Of a stretch of DNA of 64,000 nucleotides, positions 36,101 to 48,750 are shown in pieces. Location: assembly GCF_018350175.1 (NCBI RefSeq), contig NC_058382.1, forward strand, positions 17,794,001 through 17,858,000. The letters run 5' to 3'. The DNA is from Felis catus. Taxonomy: Eukaryota. A program made the translations under genes and the position numbers. The notes beneath the pieces are model-generated. The model did not search any database, was not told the DNA's origin, and worked only from the letters and a program-made list of their open reading frames with translations. Positions within the stretch are counted from its first letter, which is position 1, and each line of letters starts with the position of its first letter.

Positions 36101-38983
36101 GTGCTTACAAACTGAGGCACAGAGAAGTTAAATCATTTGCCCAAGTTCATAGAGAAGTGGACAAGCTAGGGCATGAACCCAGCCTCAGAGTAAAATTCCG
36201 ATGCTTCCATAGCACTCTGTCCCTGTCTCTGACCTCATCTCATGCTCTCCCTTTTGCCTGTGTAACTTAAGCTGAACTGGCCTCCTGGCTGTTCTTCCCA
36301 CATGCCAAGCTCAGCACCTCTGCTCTTGGTGCCCCTCTCCATGGAGATTCCTCCCCCAACACAAATGTCACCTTCTCAGAAAGGTCTTTTCTGACCATCC
36401 TACCTAGAGCAGCATCTCCCTCTCCCGTTCTCCACACTACCCTTTTTATCATAGCATTTATGTCTCCCTGCAATTATAGAGTTTGCTTCCTAATTTACCA
36501 TCTCTCTCTTCTGCATCAGAGTATAAGATCCATGAGGGCAGGGACTTATCCCTTATTTACTGTTCTTTCCCCAGAACATTCCCTAGGTATACAGCTGGCA
36601 CCATTCTAGGCACTGGAAATGTAAGTGGCTAAGGTGACAAAATTTCTTGGCCTCACAGACTTTAAATCCTAAGGAGTGGAGCTCAGAATTGTGGAACCCA
36701 AGAAGGGGTCAGGGTCTCTAAGGAAAATGTCTGTGCACCTGGCCTGGTGAACGCTGGTCCCTGGGAACCTGAGGCCTACCTCTCTATGTCCTGCAGACGC
36801 TTCAATTGATTCTGTAGCTGCTGCATGGGATCTTGAAGCCCACGCTGCTGTCTTCGCATGGCCCCAGCTTGGGCCCGGAGGAGGAGAGCACGACGCTGGG
36901 TGTCTTGAATGCTCTGCAGGGCCTGCTCCATGGCCATGTCTGTAAGAGAAATGGGGTGGCCATCAGCACTGCTGCTCATCTTCTCAGCCCCCTAGGTCAC
37001 CCTGAGCCTCGGTCTCTCGCTTCATCAGCTCCAGGCTGCTCATCTTCCCAGCCCCATAGGTCACCCTGAGCCTCGGTCTCTTGCTCCATCAGCTCCAGGC
37101 TCTGGTCTAACTCCTGGATCTCTGCCCGCAGGCGAGCAACAGTGGCTTCCAGCTCCAACTTCCGACGGGCCTGGTGGGATCAGGTACAGAGTCAGGTGCA
37201 TGGCCTGGCTGGGGCTTGGCCTGGCTGCCCTTTGTGGAACACCAGTCTCCTCACCTGCACAGGTAGGTGGCAGGGGTTTTTCCTACGCAGTTTCTGTGTC
37301 TGATTCTCTAGGCCCAGAAGAACACTAGGGTACCATCTGTCTTCCTCCTTCCTCCTGGGATTGCCTCACCTATCCTCTTAACCTGTTTCCTGTCTCTGCA
37401 CTGATGATACTACAGCTGTGCCCTAGTTCTCATCTCCCCACGAAGAGCCAAATCTAGGAGTCCCAAGGTCTTCTGGAATCCTCCCCCAGATGTCACCTGG
37501 GCCTCTTGCACACAATAGGTCCTCCATTGGCCTCAGTATATCTCCTAAACCAGTCCCTTCTCCCATCTCCCCTCATCAGCTTTGATGCCTCATATCCACG
37601 TCCCCTCAACATCCAGCTCATGCCTGTCTCCCCTGGACTGTAAGCCCTGAGTGTCGAGATCAGAGCTGGCAGATCAACCCAGCGTCCCCAACATTACACA
37701 ACACGAAGCTGGGCCTAGAGCAGAAATCTACAAATCCTCTTTTTGGATGGAAGAAAATCTTATAATACATGCTTCTCACCTCTGGACTGTCCTGGTGGCC
37801 ATACCTGAGGAAATGGGGCCAGAGTTAGCGGGTGACGGGACTTCCAGGGGGAGACAGGAGGTGTGAGGCTACGGGTGAAAATACAGTTGGATGGGAGTAG
37901 GGAAAATAGGAAGGAATAGCTTTTAGAACCAGTTACCAAAGTAAGTTTCCTCGGATCTTCTTGACATTCCTACAGTGGAGAGGTAGAAGGAAGAAGTGTT
38001 ACTGTGAGGTTTGCCTGTGTCCCCTCCCTTGTCACAGCCTCCCTCATGCAGCCAGGCTCACCTCTGGCTATGCACATGCCGCAAGACATAGGCCCAGATG
38101 TCGGCCCCCTGGCCCAGACACAGTCTGTGGAGACAGTGTGTAAGTGTATGCCTGGGGCATCACAAAGGTTGGGGGATCCTTATTCCCAGGGTGGCAGTGG
38201 TGGGGAAAGTCTTTACTAGGGAATTGTCGCTTCTGGGGCGAATGGGGATGTGTCCACAGTCTTTGGGGTGAGATATTCCTTCCTGGGGAATTCTTGGTCA
38301 CTGAGTTGTGGGCTTTTCACTGGGTGTGGATATTCTCATTCCCTGGGGGGGGGGGGGGGGTGCGGAGATTCCTTTCTCTGGGAGAGGGCTATCGCTGGTC
38401 ACTTCCAGAGGTGGGAGTGGAGAGTATACTGCCAGGAGCTGCTCTCTCATTACCAGATATGGATCATCACCCTTCTAGATTCGGTCTCCAGTGGGGTGGT
38501 CTTTGCTGACCTGGAGTCTCCTCACTGGCTTGGGACGGTAGGGGTGGTAGGTGCTGTAGGGACAGTCTTGCTCCAAAGATCTCACTTCTACATAGTTTGG
38601 GGGCTTTACTAACTCTCAGAGGATCCTCAGTGGTGCCTCGCCCTCACTCTGGGTGGTCTCACGGGGTGGGGGGTGGGAGTGGGGGGGGTGTCTTCACTCA
38701 ATCCGGGATCCTCTTCCCAGATATATTACTGGGTGTGTGGGTGGGTAAGGGGGACGCCCTCGGGGGTTATTCTCATTGGGGCAGAAGTGGGGAAGACGAA
38801 GGAGGGTCTTCAGCGAGGGGTGGGGTTCTCACCCGCGGAGACTACCTCTAAGGTATGGAGTCCTCACTGTCAGAGCGTCCCTCACCTGCGCAGTGTTGAC
38901 TCCGGGGCCCGGGCTGCCGCGGGCGCCCCCATCTCTTCCGCCGCCCAGCAGCCCAGTTCCCGCGCTTCCTGCACTAACTCCAT
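30135..38983 (-). CDS. HAUS5: HAUS augmin-like complex subunit 5; CDS join(38983-38886, 38124-38062, 37969-37937, 37804-37780, 37170-37065, 36939-36780, 35690-35621, 35519-35437, 34911-34854, 34701-34577, 34359-34296, 34184-34054, 33831-33669, 33452-33372, 33270-33125, 32864-32753, 32675-32543, 30547-30415, 30252-30135), 1902 nt, 633 aa
   Basis: Starts [45 protein letters not shown]... and ends ...[39 protein letters not shown]. Nineteen exons, all GT-AG, with cumulative phase closing exactly at 633 aa. Confidence 0.96.
36974..37101. repeat. Two-copy 64-bp tandem duplication spanning the HAUS5 exon 5 / intron 5 junction
   Basis: 36974-37037 vs 37038-37101, 60/64 identical. Confidence 0.95.
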
Positions 38984-39230
38984 GTCAGCGCGCCGCGGCG
39001 GCCGCTTCCCGCACCCTCTTCAAGTGTGGCGCCCGCCTCTGGCGTCACGGGCGCGCCGTCAGTGACGCCATCGGTTGCCAAGCAGACTGGGGCCTCGCGG
39101 CTCTTCAGCGTCGCGGAGCAGTCCTGCGTGTCTGGCTCCTCCTGGATGGGTCCCTTCGAGTGAAGACGAAAGGGGTGTGGAGAAACGGTGAGGCCTCTTC
39201 GCTTCCGGCCTCCTCCCGCTCACTACCAAG
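38984..39230. promoter_or_regulatory. HAUS5 CpG-island promoter, probably bidirectional
   Basis: CpG-dense. CRE half-sites GCGTCA ~39042 and CGTCAGTGACG 39057-39067, X-box-like GTTGCCAAGCAG ~39074-39085. Confidence 0.65.
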
Positions 39231-40443
39231 TGTCCCCAAGAGGCAAAAGGTCCCAAATGCCTCCCTCGATTTTCTTGACCAAATGGGACTTTCATCCTTG
39301 GAGGAGGTGCGGAGATGCCAAACTTATGCTTTTTGATTTCAGAAACAGAGTGTTTCCGGTCTGAGGGATAGGGGGCCGATAGCAGGACCCTAATATTTCC
39401 CTGGCATGCATTCTTCCAGGTATTCGTTCGTCTTTACCATTCCATAACATTCGTGAGCCGACGCTGCCGACCCTGCCCTGGGGACATCGCGGTGGAGGAG
39501 ACTGGTCCAGTCCCATGTGGAGCTCACAGTTCAGGGGGGGAGTTAGACGCCTCACCACCACCAGGTAGGGATGGTAGAGTATAAGCTGCAGGACTGGGTC
39601 AGTTGGGGACACAGGGAGTGTGCGAGGTCTGTCGCCCGCCCCTGAAAGCACAGGATACTGGGGCTGGGGTTCTGGAGAGCCCACTCAGCCTCAGACAGGC
39701 CCCCGAGGAATGGCAACATTCAGGGACCTTTTACCGGGCATGCATGCCCAGCTCACTACTCTGTCCTCGGTGTCCAGTATAAAGCCTAAGTCTCTAAGTA
39801 GTTATTCAATAAACAAATGAGGGGAGAGGTGGTGGGGTGAGAATAAAGCTGGGGACTGAGGGACGAGGGTGGGGCAGGATGAGGTGTGGGGGTCGAGGGC
39901 AATGGTGGGTGAAGTAGGGATGCGGAGAAGAGAGGAGGACACTGAGTGGGTCATGAGACTGATTGGCTGTAGAGGGCGGGGTATCCAGGGTGAGGTCCCA
40001 GCTCTGGGCTGGGGATTAGATGGAGCAGACCTTGAAATGCTGATGTGAGAGAAGGGACAGCTTTGGGGGAGATGCTGATAACAATGGGGTGTGAGGAGTT
40101 AAGGGGACATCCAAGGACTGGCTGAGTCACTGGCCCAGGGACAAGGGGACATGGCATCACCACTGAGATAGCACATTTCGGGGAGAAGCTGAGGCCAGCT
40201 TCTAAGTGCTTCATAAGGGCTGAGAAGCAGAAGGGGGTGCCAGGGGCTGATGTAATCCAGGTGGGTTTCCTGGAAGAAAGATTAGCAGCTACTACTCCAC
40301 AATGCTTAATTCTCAAAAGGTGCCATTTCTCTCAAACATTGCCACCCTTCTGCCTTTTGTAGGGTGTTTTGCTATTAAAAAACAAAATCAATTAGCATGT
40401 CTGCCATTGGTCTATGAGCCTTTCCAGGGGCTTTAAAAAGTAC

Positions 40444-40922
40444 TGTCCAAATGTCCATCGACAGATGCACGGATAAAGAAAATGTGGTATATATATATAC
40501 AATCGAGTATTACTCAACAATCAAAAAGAATGAAATCTTGCCATTTGCAACAACGTGGATGGAACCAGAGGGTATTATGCTAAGCAAAATTAGTCAGAGA
40601 AAAACAAATATCATGTGACTTCACTCATGTGGAATTTTAAGATACAAAACAGATGACCATAAGGAAGGGAAGCAAAAATAATATAAAATAAGGAGGGAGA
40701 CCATATATGAGACTCTTAAATACAGAGAACAAACTGAGGGTGGGGGGATGGGCTAAATGGGCAAGGGGCATTAGGGAGGACTCTTGTTGGGATGAGCACT
40801 GGGTATTATATGAAGGGGAAGAATCACTGGAATCTACTCCTGAAATCGTTATTGCACTCTATGCTGACTAACTGGGATGTAAATTAAAAAATAAGTAAAT
40901 GAAATTTAAAAAATTAAAAAAA
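40444..40922 (+). mobile_element. 5'-truncated carnivore L1 3' end
   Basis: ccaaatgtccatcgacagatg...aagaatgaaatcttgccatttgcaacaacgtggatgga...polyA, TSD-like aaagtac. Confidence 0.9.
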
Positions 40923-40929
40923 GAAAGTA

Positions 40930-41390
40930 CCGGTTGTTAGGAGAATGAAAAGATAAATCACAGACTGGCAGGAAATATTTGCAAAACACATACCTGAAGA
41001 TGGACTTGTATCCAAAATATACAAAGAACTCTTAAAACTCAACCATAAGAAAACAAATAATCTACTTAAAAATAGACAAAAGCTATGAACAGATATCTCA
41101 CCGGAGGAGATGTACAGGTGGCAAAGAAGCACGAAAAGTTGCTAATACCATGTCATTAAGGAATTGCAAATTAAAACAATGAGATAACTCTACCCACCTA
41201 TGAGAATGTCTAAAATCCGTTTTAAAAAGTGGTACCAAATGCTTTCGAGGATGTGGAACAACAGGAATCTCATTCATTGCTGGTGGAATGCAGAATGATA
41301 CAGCCACTTTGGAAGACGATCTGAAAAGATCGTCTGTATGACTACAAATATATAGCATTCTAGAAAAGGCAAAACTAGATCAATGGTTGC
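40930..41390 (+). mobile_element. Old L1M ORF2 3' fragment
   Basis: gaaaagataaatcacagactggcaggaaatatttgcaaaacacatac...caaattaaaacaatgagata, a degraded ORF2 C-terminal region. Confidence 0.75.
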
Positions 41391-41438
41391 CAGGAGATCA
41401 TGAGGTGGGGGATAGGGATGGAAAGGTGAGGCTCGGCA

Positions 41439-41633
41439 TTTTTTTTTTTTAAGTTTATTTATTTATTGTGTGTGAGAGAGAAAGAGAACACAAGCGGGGT
41501 AGGGCAGAGAGAGAGAGGGAGAGCCAAGAATCCCAAGCAGGCCCCATGCCATCAGTGCACACCACTGTGAGGTCATGACCTGAGCCAAAATCAAGAGTTG
41601 GATGCCTACCCAACTGAGCCACCCAGGCGCCCC
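41439..41633 (-). mobile_element. Can-SINE
   Basis: TSD gaggct(c/t)ggcattttt. Confidence 0.9.
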
Positions 41634-42227
41634 GAGGCTTGGCATTTTTAGGAGCGTGAAACTATTTTGTGTGATACTGAAATGGTGGGTACATCACATT
41701 ATGCATTTATAAAAAGCCACAGAACCGTACAATACAGAGTGAGTCTTAGTGTGGAGCATAGATTCTAGTTAATAATGTTTACTCTTGGTCATCAGTTGTA
41801 ACAAAGGTACCATACTCCTGCAAGATGGTAATAATAATAAGGGAAAATATGTGTGGAGGGACAGGAAGTATATGGGAACTTTCCTTTCTTTTTGTGTAAC
41901 TTTCTGTAAGCATAAAACTGCTCGTGAAAAATAAAATCTATTAAAAAAGAGAATTGGCTGAAAGTTGGAATATTATGTAATGAAACATCTATAACCATGA
42001 CCTAATGATAACTAATCAGATACACCTTGACTGAAGCTATGGCATAAAAGGATTCTGTATGTTTTGGAAGAAAGGCTAAAACCAAATAAGAGATAACTAC
42101 TACAGTTTCCCCTCCAACTCTAAAGAAATGCTACCCGGAAATTATTAGAAACATCCACTCAAGCTGCTTATGTGACCATCTCCCTGGCAGTCACTGATGA
42201 GCTTCTCACCACTCTCCTCCAGTCTCT

Positions 42228-42792
42228 GTGCTGTGGCTTTGTAATGTGTCAGCTTGACCAGGCTGAACGAACTGTATCTTGGAATTACCTTCTCTGTATG
42301 ATTTCAATTAGGATGGACCCATAGAGAGTCTTAGGCAAGATTTGGTGGGCAGAAGTGAAGCAGCTGCCGTTTTGCAGATCACACAGGTTGTCACTGGCTG
42401 GCTCTGCTGGGTCATCACGTTTGCACAGGGCAGCAGCCGGGCCAGCAATTGCTTCACCTTTTCCTGGATCTTCCTCCCAGCTTCTCAGCTCCTGCGCCAG
42501 GTGTGGGTTTATCTCCGTAATGAAGGATGGCAGCTGTTCCTGTGGACGTTCACACCACCAAGGGCAGAGGCCCCCTTGTCGAGTTTCTCCCCACTTTATG
42601 TCTGTCTTCCTTTCCTAACTGCCTGCCCTGTGCACTTCGAGTGCCAGCATCAGACCCTAAGGCCACAATGTTAGGGACTGCTTCATAACTCCAATTGCAT
42701 AAGGTTAAATCCCAGTTCATCTGCCTATCTATCTATCAGTCCATCTATCCATCCCCCCAGTGGGTCAGCTTCTCTGATGGAACCCTGATACA
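42228..42792 (+). mobile_element. ERVL LTR (MLT2-like) solo LTR
   Basis: Starts tgtggctttgtaatgtgtcagcttgaccaggct and ends cttctctgatggaaccctgataca, matching MLT2 termini from memory. Confidence 0.65.
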
Positions 42793-43207
42793 CTCTAAGC
42801 AGAGACTCTGGATGCCTGTGGAATTACTGTTACCTCAAGCTGTCGTTCATGGAGGAAGTTGCAGTGGCTTTCCTCTTCCTCTCTTACATAAGAAGAGGAT
42901 GTTTTCGTCTCCACCCTCCAAAAGGCTGATACAAAAAGGTGAGATTGGCATCTTACAGAAGAAATATAAGTCCCCTCTGTACCCCTACTGTGTTCGGCCT
43001 GTTCAATATACTTGACAAAATAATTATCATCACCTGTATTCTGCTCCTGGTCCCTGTTTGACAAGCTTCAAGCTTTCACATTAGTGTCTGTAAATTGCTG
43101 CTGTATTACAAGGTATTCAAAGACCAGCATTCTCCAGGGGCTTGTTAGAAATACAGAATCCCTTGCCCTTCCACTCCTGGACTTACTGAATCAAAACATG
43201 CATTAAA

Positions 43208-43430
43208 TTTTTTTAATAAAAAATTTTTTTAATGTTTATTTATTTTTGAGAGAGAGAGCGAGAGAGCACACATGAGCTGGGGAGGGGCAGAGAGAGAAGG
43301 GTACAGAGGATCCAAAGCAGGCTCTTTGCTGACAGCCGAGAGCCCGATGCAAGGCTCGAATCCATGAACTGTGAGATCATGACCTGAGCCAAAGTTGGAC
43401 GCTTAACCAACCGAGCCACCCAGGTGCCCC
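43208..43430 (-). mobile_element. SINEC_Fc SINE inserted in a MER5-like remnant
   Basis: SINE head at 43430, TSD aaacatgcatt. Flanks cttgttagaaatacagaat...cttactgaatcaaaa are MER5-like. Confidence 0.88.
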
Positions 43431-46400
43431 CTAAACATGCATTTTGATCAAATCTATCAGTGATTTGTATGCATATTAAAGCTTAAGAAGTGTCATCTAT
43501 AGGACACTACTTTTGGGGGATAAAACCTTCTTTAGTAGCATTAATACCCAGAGATGGATTCTTATCATTTGCCTCTTGGACATAGTGTTTTAAAATTTGT
43601 GATCAACATCTGGCACATTTTAGACTAGCCTGTCTCTAATTTCCTACTAACAATTGACCTTTTATGACCATGTCAACTGAAACATCAACTGGACCAGGTG
43701 AGAGACCCAGAAGGTGAGTCTTGGAAGATGAAGAGCTGGAAAGATTTGGCAGAAGTCACTAAGGACTACTACACGCCCAAACGCAACAACTCTACACCAT
43801 CAAGTGTGTCCACATCCATTGAGTAAAAGTACAAAATACACATAGAATTTGCTTACGGCAACATGAGTTTGGTGGTTTCTTTCAGGGATGGAGGGAGGGA
43901 AGAAGAGAACAGAGGAGAAGGGGGAGGCATTTAATTTGTACATACAACATTTAATTTTCAAAAAGGAGATCTGGTGCAAGTATAGGAAAATGTTTACATC
44001 TGCCAAATGTGGATGTCACATGGGGGCTAGACTTGTTCTTCACAGTTTGTAGATTTGAAACACTTATTTAAATAAATTATGAAATTAAAAGTTAAAAAAA
44101 AAAGTGGGAGGAACATTCTGGGTGTTCTGTAGATGGTGGATCAGAGGAGGAGACAGGCCAGGGCCGGTAACTGGGGCAGGTGATGACAGAGTTGAGTCTT
44201 AGCAGAGGGCTGGTGGGAGAGATGATTGGGCTGAGTGGGGGACACTTATCCTTAGGTTAAGACCTTTCCAGAGAGGAAGATAGTGTTCTCACTGGGGCAT
44301 TACCTGTCAAGGCTGCCTCCTTCCCATCTCTGGGATTTTATTCCTGCTGTGCTCCCTACCTCCATCACCCTTCATTATCTTCAATGGCTACCTCCTCCTC
44401 AGTCTTTTAAGTCTTATCTCAGATGTGCCCTTCCATGCAAGCCTTCTCTGACTCCCCCTACCCCCGACCCCAGATTGGTTGTGTTACCTCCTCTGGACTC
44501 TCACAGCTAAGCCTCTTTCTGGTTACGAATGTCCCCAAACCCAACTCAGTGTAGTGTTTTTCCTCCCAAATAAGAAATATCTTGGTTCATGTGATTTAAA
44601 AGAGGTACTTCCTTGTCCTGGTTCAGGTGAGGTGTAATCCAGCAGCTCAAACACTGAAAGGCAATTATAAGCAAAAGTTCTGCAGTCTGACTCATTGGGT
44701 TTGAATCCTCATTCCACCACTCACAGGCTAAATGATCTAGGGCAAGTCTCTCAATCTCTGCAGCCTCAGTTTCTCATTTATGAATTTGGGACAGTAATAA
44801 TATCTGTTTTTAGTGTTGTAGGGTTTAAATGAGACAACATGCATGAACTCCTTGAACAGTGCCTGCAAATAGTTGACAGCTCAGCGACTATCATGATGTT
44901 ATTGGGGACCCAGTTTCTGGCTCCTCTTCCTCGCGCTTGCTTCTTTTTTGGCTCCTCCTTCATCCTTGTAGCTTTAGCCTCTTCCACCTGGCTGCAGAAC
45001 AGCTTACCCTGCACCAGCCGAGGTGGAGGAGAAAGATGTGGTCTTAGAAGGTAACATGGAAGAGGTGGGCTGCTTCTCTCTACCATAAGCTCCAGAAACC
45101 ATTTATCCCATTTTCATTTGCTCAGGCAGGGTCACATGCCCACTGCTGAACGAGCCTGCAGCCAGAACATTGGCTCCCAAACCTTAGAATGACCATTACA
45201 GTGTAGCTCCCCAGACTTGTTTCTCTCCCACTTCCCCAGATCAGACAAGGGCAGCTCTGTGATTCCGGTTCCCGAGGCCAAAATTCCTTCTTTCTCTTAC
45301 ACCCATATCATGCATCAGCAATTCCTATTTGCCTTTAAAATTCATCAAGTCTTTCCCCTTTCTTCTTCCCCATTCTGGCCTAATATTCTACCACCTCCCG
45401 TCTGGAATATCACATGAGTCTCCCTGCCGTCACCTGTGCACCAAAGTCTCCTCCCCCCCAGAGTTAGAGAGAGACTATTAACACCTGAGTTGGCACAGGT
45501 CACTTATCTTTCCAATGTCTGTTCATGTCACTCAGCGTAAAGTAAGTTCTCTTTGATCTTGCCTATGTTACCTCCCTGATTGCGTCTCTAACCATTCCCT
45601 ACGTTACTTCACTTCAGCTATACTGGCCTCCTTACTGTATCTCAGAAATATCAGATGTGCCCCTCCCTCTAGGCCCTTGCACTAGTAGTTCCATCTGCCT
45701 GAGACTCTCGCCCCAGATACATGTCTGGTTCCCTCTCCTAAGTCCTGCAAGTCTTTGGTAAAAGTCAGATCCTAATTGGGGCATTACCTACCTCTCTATT
45801 TCAAACTATAGCCCCTCCCCTACCTCTAATACTTCCAATCACCCTTACCATGCTTTATTTTTATTCCCCAGTACTCTTAATATTTTCTTACTTAAGTTTA
45901 TCATCTTTCACACACCACCAGAATGGCACTGTAATAAATGAACAATAGAACTTCACTGAATGAAAGAATAAATGAAAGAACAATTCACAGCCCCATCTGG
46001 TGGTTGGCCTGTCTTCTCCACTGGACTGCAGATGTCCTGAGGGCAGGGATGGGGTCTGTGTTGGTTACTGCTGTATCCCCAGCATCACCCAGGGCAGAGC
46101 CAGGCATGGAGGGGGTTGGAGGTCCTAAAGATAGGCAGCCGTATGTCTGCAAAGATTCCTGTGAGCAGATCTCTTGTCAGACTGAGGGTAAAGTACAAGT
46201 GTTGGATTTCCTCTTCAGGAGAGCTGGGATTGGGGGTCATCTTAGGGACCTTCATAAGCACCTACAAGGGTTCTTACAGGGAAGAGAGAACCCCACCTGC
46301 TTTGGAGAGTAGATGTGTGACATTACTGCCACAATGGCCTCCTTTTTGTTCTTTGAATCTCCAAGCTCATTCCAGCATTAAGGCTTTCTGACTGCCATTC

Positions 46401-46639
46401 CTACTCTGGGAACCCTGTTCTCACAGTTCTTGGAGCAGCTCTTACACTTGGGCTTCCATGTCTCAGCTCAAAGAACATCTTAGAAAGACTTTCTGTGGCA
46501 AAGCCAGCTAGGTGTCTATTGGCTGTGTAGTCTAAGACTACATTTTCCAGAGACCCCTGCAACCAGGTGAGGCCATGAGATTAGCTATGTCCAATGGGCT
46601 GAGAGCAAGAGGTGTATGTCACCTAGCACCAAAGCTTTA

Positions 46640-47390
46640 TTTGTTATTGAGGTATAATTGACAAAAATGTAACATATTTAAGGTATACAACATAGTTATT
46701 TGATGTATACACTGTGAAATTATTACCACAATCAATACATCCATTACCTCGCACCTATTTTTTTTTTTTTTTTGGTGAGAATGCTTAAGATCTACTCTCT
46801 TAGCACATTTTAAGTATACAATACAGTATTGTTCACCATGGCCACCATATTATACATTAGATCCTAAGATCTTACTCATTTTATAACCGAGTGATGTATC
46901 TTTTTAACAGCCTGTCCCCATTTCCCCCAGCCTCCACCTGGCAACCATCATTCTACTTTCTGTTTCTGTCAGTTTGGCTTTTTTAGATTTCATACATAAG
47001 TGATACCATACATTTTGTCTTTCTCTTTCTTATTTTACTAGCATAACGCCCTCAAGGTCTATCCGTATTGTTGCAAATGGTAAGATTTCATATTTCTCAT
47101 GGTTTAATAATATTTCTTTGTATATGTATTGGTATATCCTCTTTATTCCTCTGTCCATTGAAGGACTATTTCCATATCTTGGATGTTGTGAATAAGGCTG
47201 CAGTAATTACGGGAGTACAGATATCTCTGAGACTGATTTTTATCCTTTAGATATATTCCCAAGGAAGTGAGATTGCTGGATCATGTGGTACTTCTATTTT
47301 TAATATTTTGAGGAGCCTCCATATTATATTTTATAGTGGCTATACCAATTTACATTTCTATCCAAGAGTGTATAAGGATTCGCTTTTGGG
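46640..47390 (-). mobile_element. Old L1MA/MB-like 3' end, nested in a MaLR (MLT1-like) LTR spanning ~46490-47640
   Basis: ttattgaggtataattgac...ttagattcatacataagtg...gattgctggatcatgtggtacttctatttt are typical L1 3' end motifs. Confidence 0.7.
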
Positions 47391-48750
47391 CTAAGGATTT
47401 TAAGAAGCAAGTGGGGGTTCTCTAGTCTCTCATCTGCCTAGGTTCAGAAGACTCTAAGCACTTATGATGGTGGAATTACCAAGTGGAAGGAGCCTGGATC
47501 CCTAACTTAATATGTGGGCAACCAGAAATGCCCACTTTGGGAGGTTCTTTAAGTGTGAAGTAAGCTATTTTGTGAGCTACTGAAATGGTGGGGTTTATTT
47601 GTTACAGCCACTGGCATAACTCTAAACAATATACTCCTAGACCTCATTCTAGCTTAGTGTACCTCAAACTATTTGTGGTTGCAGAGTAGGACTCATTTTT
47701 TGATATCTCCAAAATGTCATGTACAGATAGATTCTTTTGGTCTATGTCCTGTCCAATAAGACAAGTCTGTTGATTCTATTGTTGGATGTCACGGCCATGT
47801 CAAATTTCTGTGAGTTTTGAACTGCTTATTGGAAATTTCTGCACTTAATCTTGTTGCAGACCATCAACAGAAGTGAACCACTAGTGGCACTGCTTTAGCT
47901 TATTGCCCTATTTGATTTCTCTCCTTATCATTTACCACTCCCTGTAATTATCTTATTTACTTAGAGGTCTATTTGTTTATGGTTCTTCCCAGTAGAATGT
48001 AAGCTCCTTCAGAAAGGAGACTTATCTTGCTCTGTTGAATCTCCAGCTCCTAGTACAGTGCCTGATAAGTCATAGGTGCTAAGAAATTATTTGTTGAATT
48101 ATGAATAAATGACAAGCTTTGGTGGTGAGGGGGGACACGAGGCCATCATAACTGTAACAGAAGCTCTCTACAATTGTAACTTGACCTGAATTCTTATCAG
48201 TTCACTGACAGCTGCTTGACTTCCTGGCTTTCTGGTAGACCACAAGTACCCAAGATTAGGTCAGGCCTCTTACAACCGTCCTCTCTAGGTTCACCCTACT
48301 AGAGATTAGACTGCACTGAACTATCACTCTCTGATGATATGTCTATCTTTACCTGATTTATAAGTTCTGAGAGGGGTGTGGTTGGATCTGAAGTGGTCAC
48401 TGCTGTATCTCCAGAGTCAGGTTGCAGAGCTAAGGTCCTTGGCATGAACAGATTTATGACATGAATGCATGATGTGAGCAGGAGGGGAGACTTCCCTGGG
48501 GAAACAGTGGCATACCCTGCCTCCATGGCCCCCATCCCTTGGCAAGATCCCAGGGTTGGTCCTGAAGGTCCAGTGGGCTGCCCAATCTGCCCCTTTCTTG
48601 CCCCATCAACTACCTCAAGGTGCTGGCTCAGGCTGTCAACAGTTGGCAACCAGACATTTTGGAACAGGTGTCCCATTTGGCCCAAATGGATACTTACAGC
48701 CAAGGTATGTAACACTGTTATATATTTCTAGTGGTTTGCTGAAAAGGAGG

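Noticed and set aside
46116-46391. Plus-strand ORF containing LGLGVILGTFI, superficially like the second hydrophobic segment of the CD225 gene
   Set aside because: Hydrophobic stretch is too short and broken by polar residues, no upstream PxD exon was found, and it is flanked by L2 remnants. A TBLASTN with the 90-aa protein would settle it.
48299-48715. 138-aa minus-strand ORF downstream of the CD225 gene
   Set aside because: Starts at a non-ATG codon and its distal third is L2-like sequence. Most likely 3' UTR or flank.
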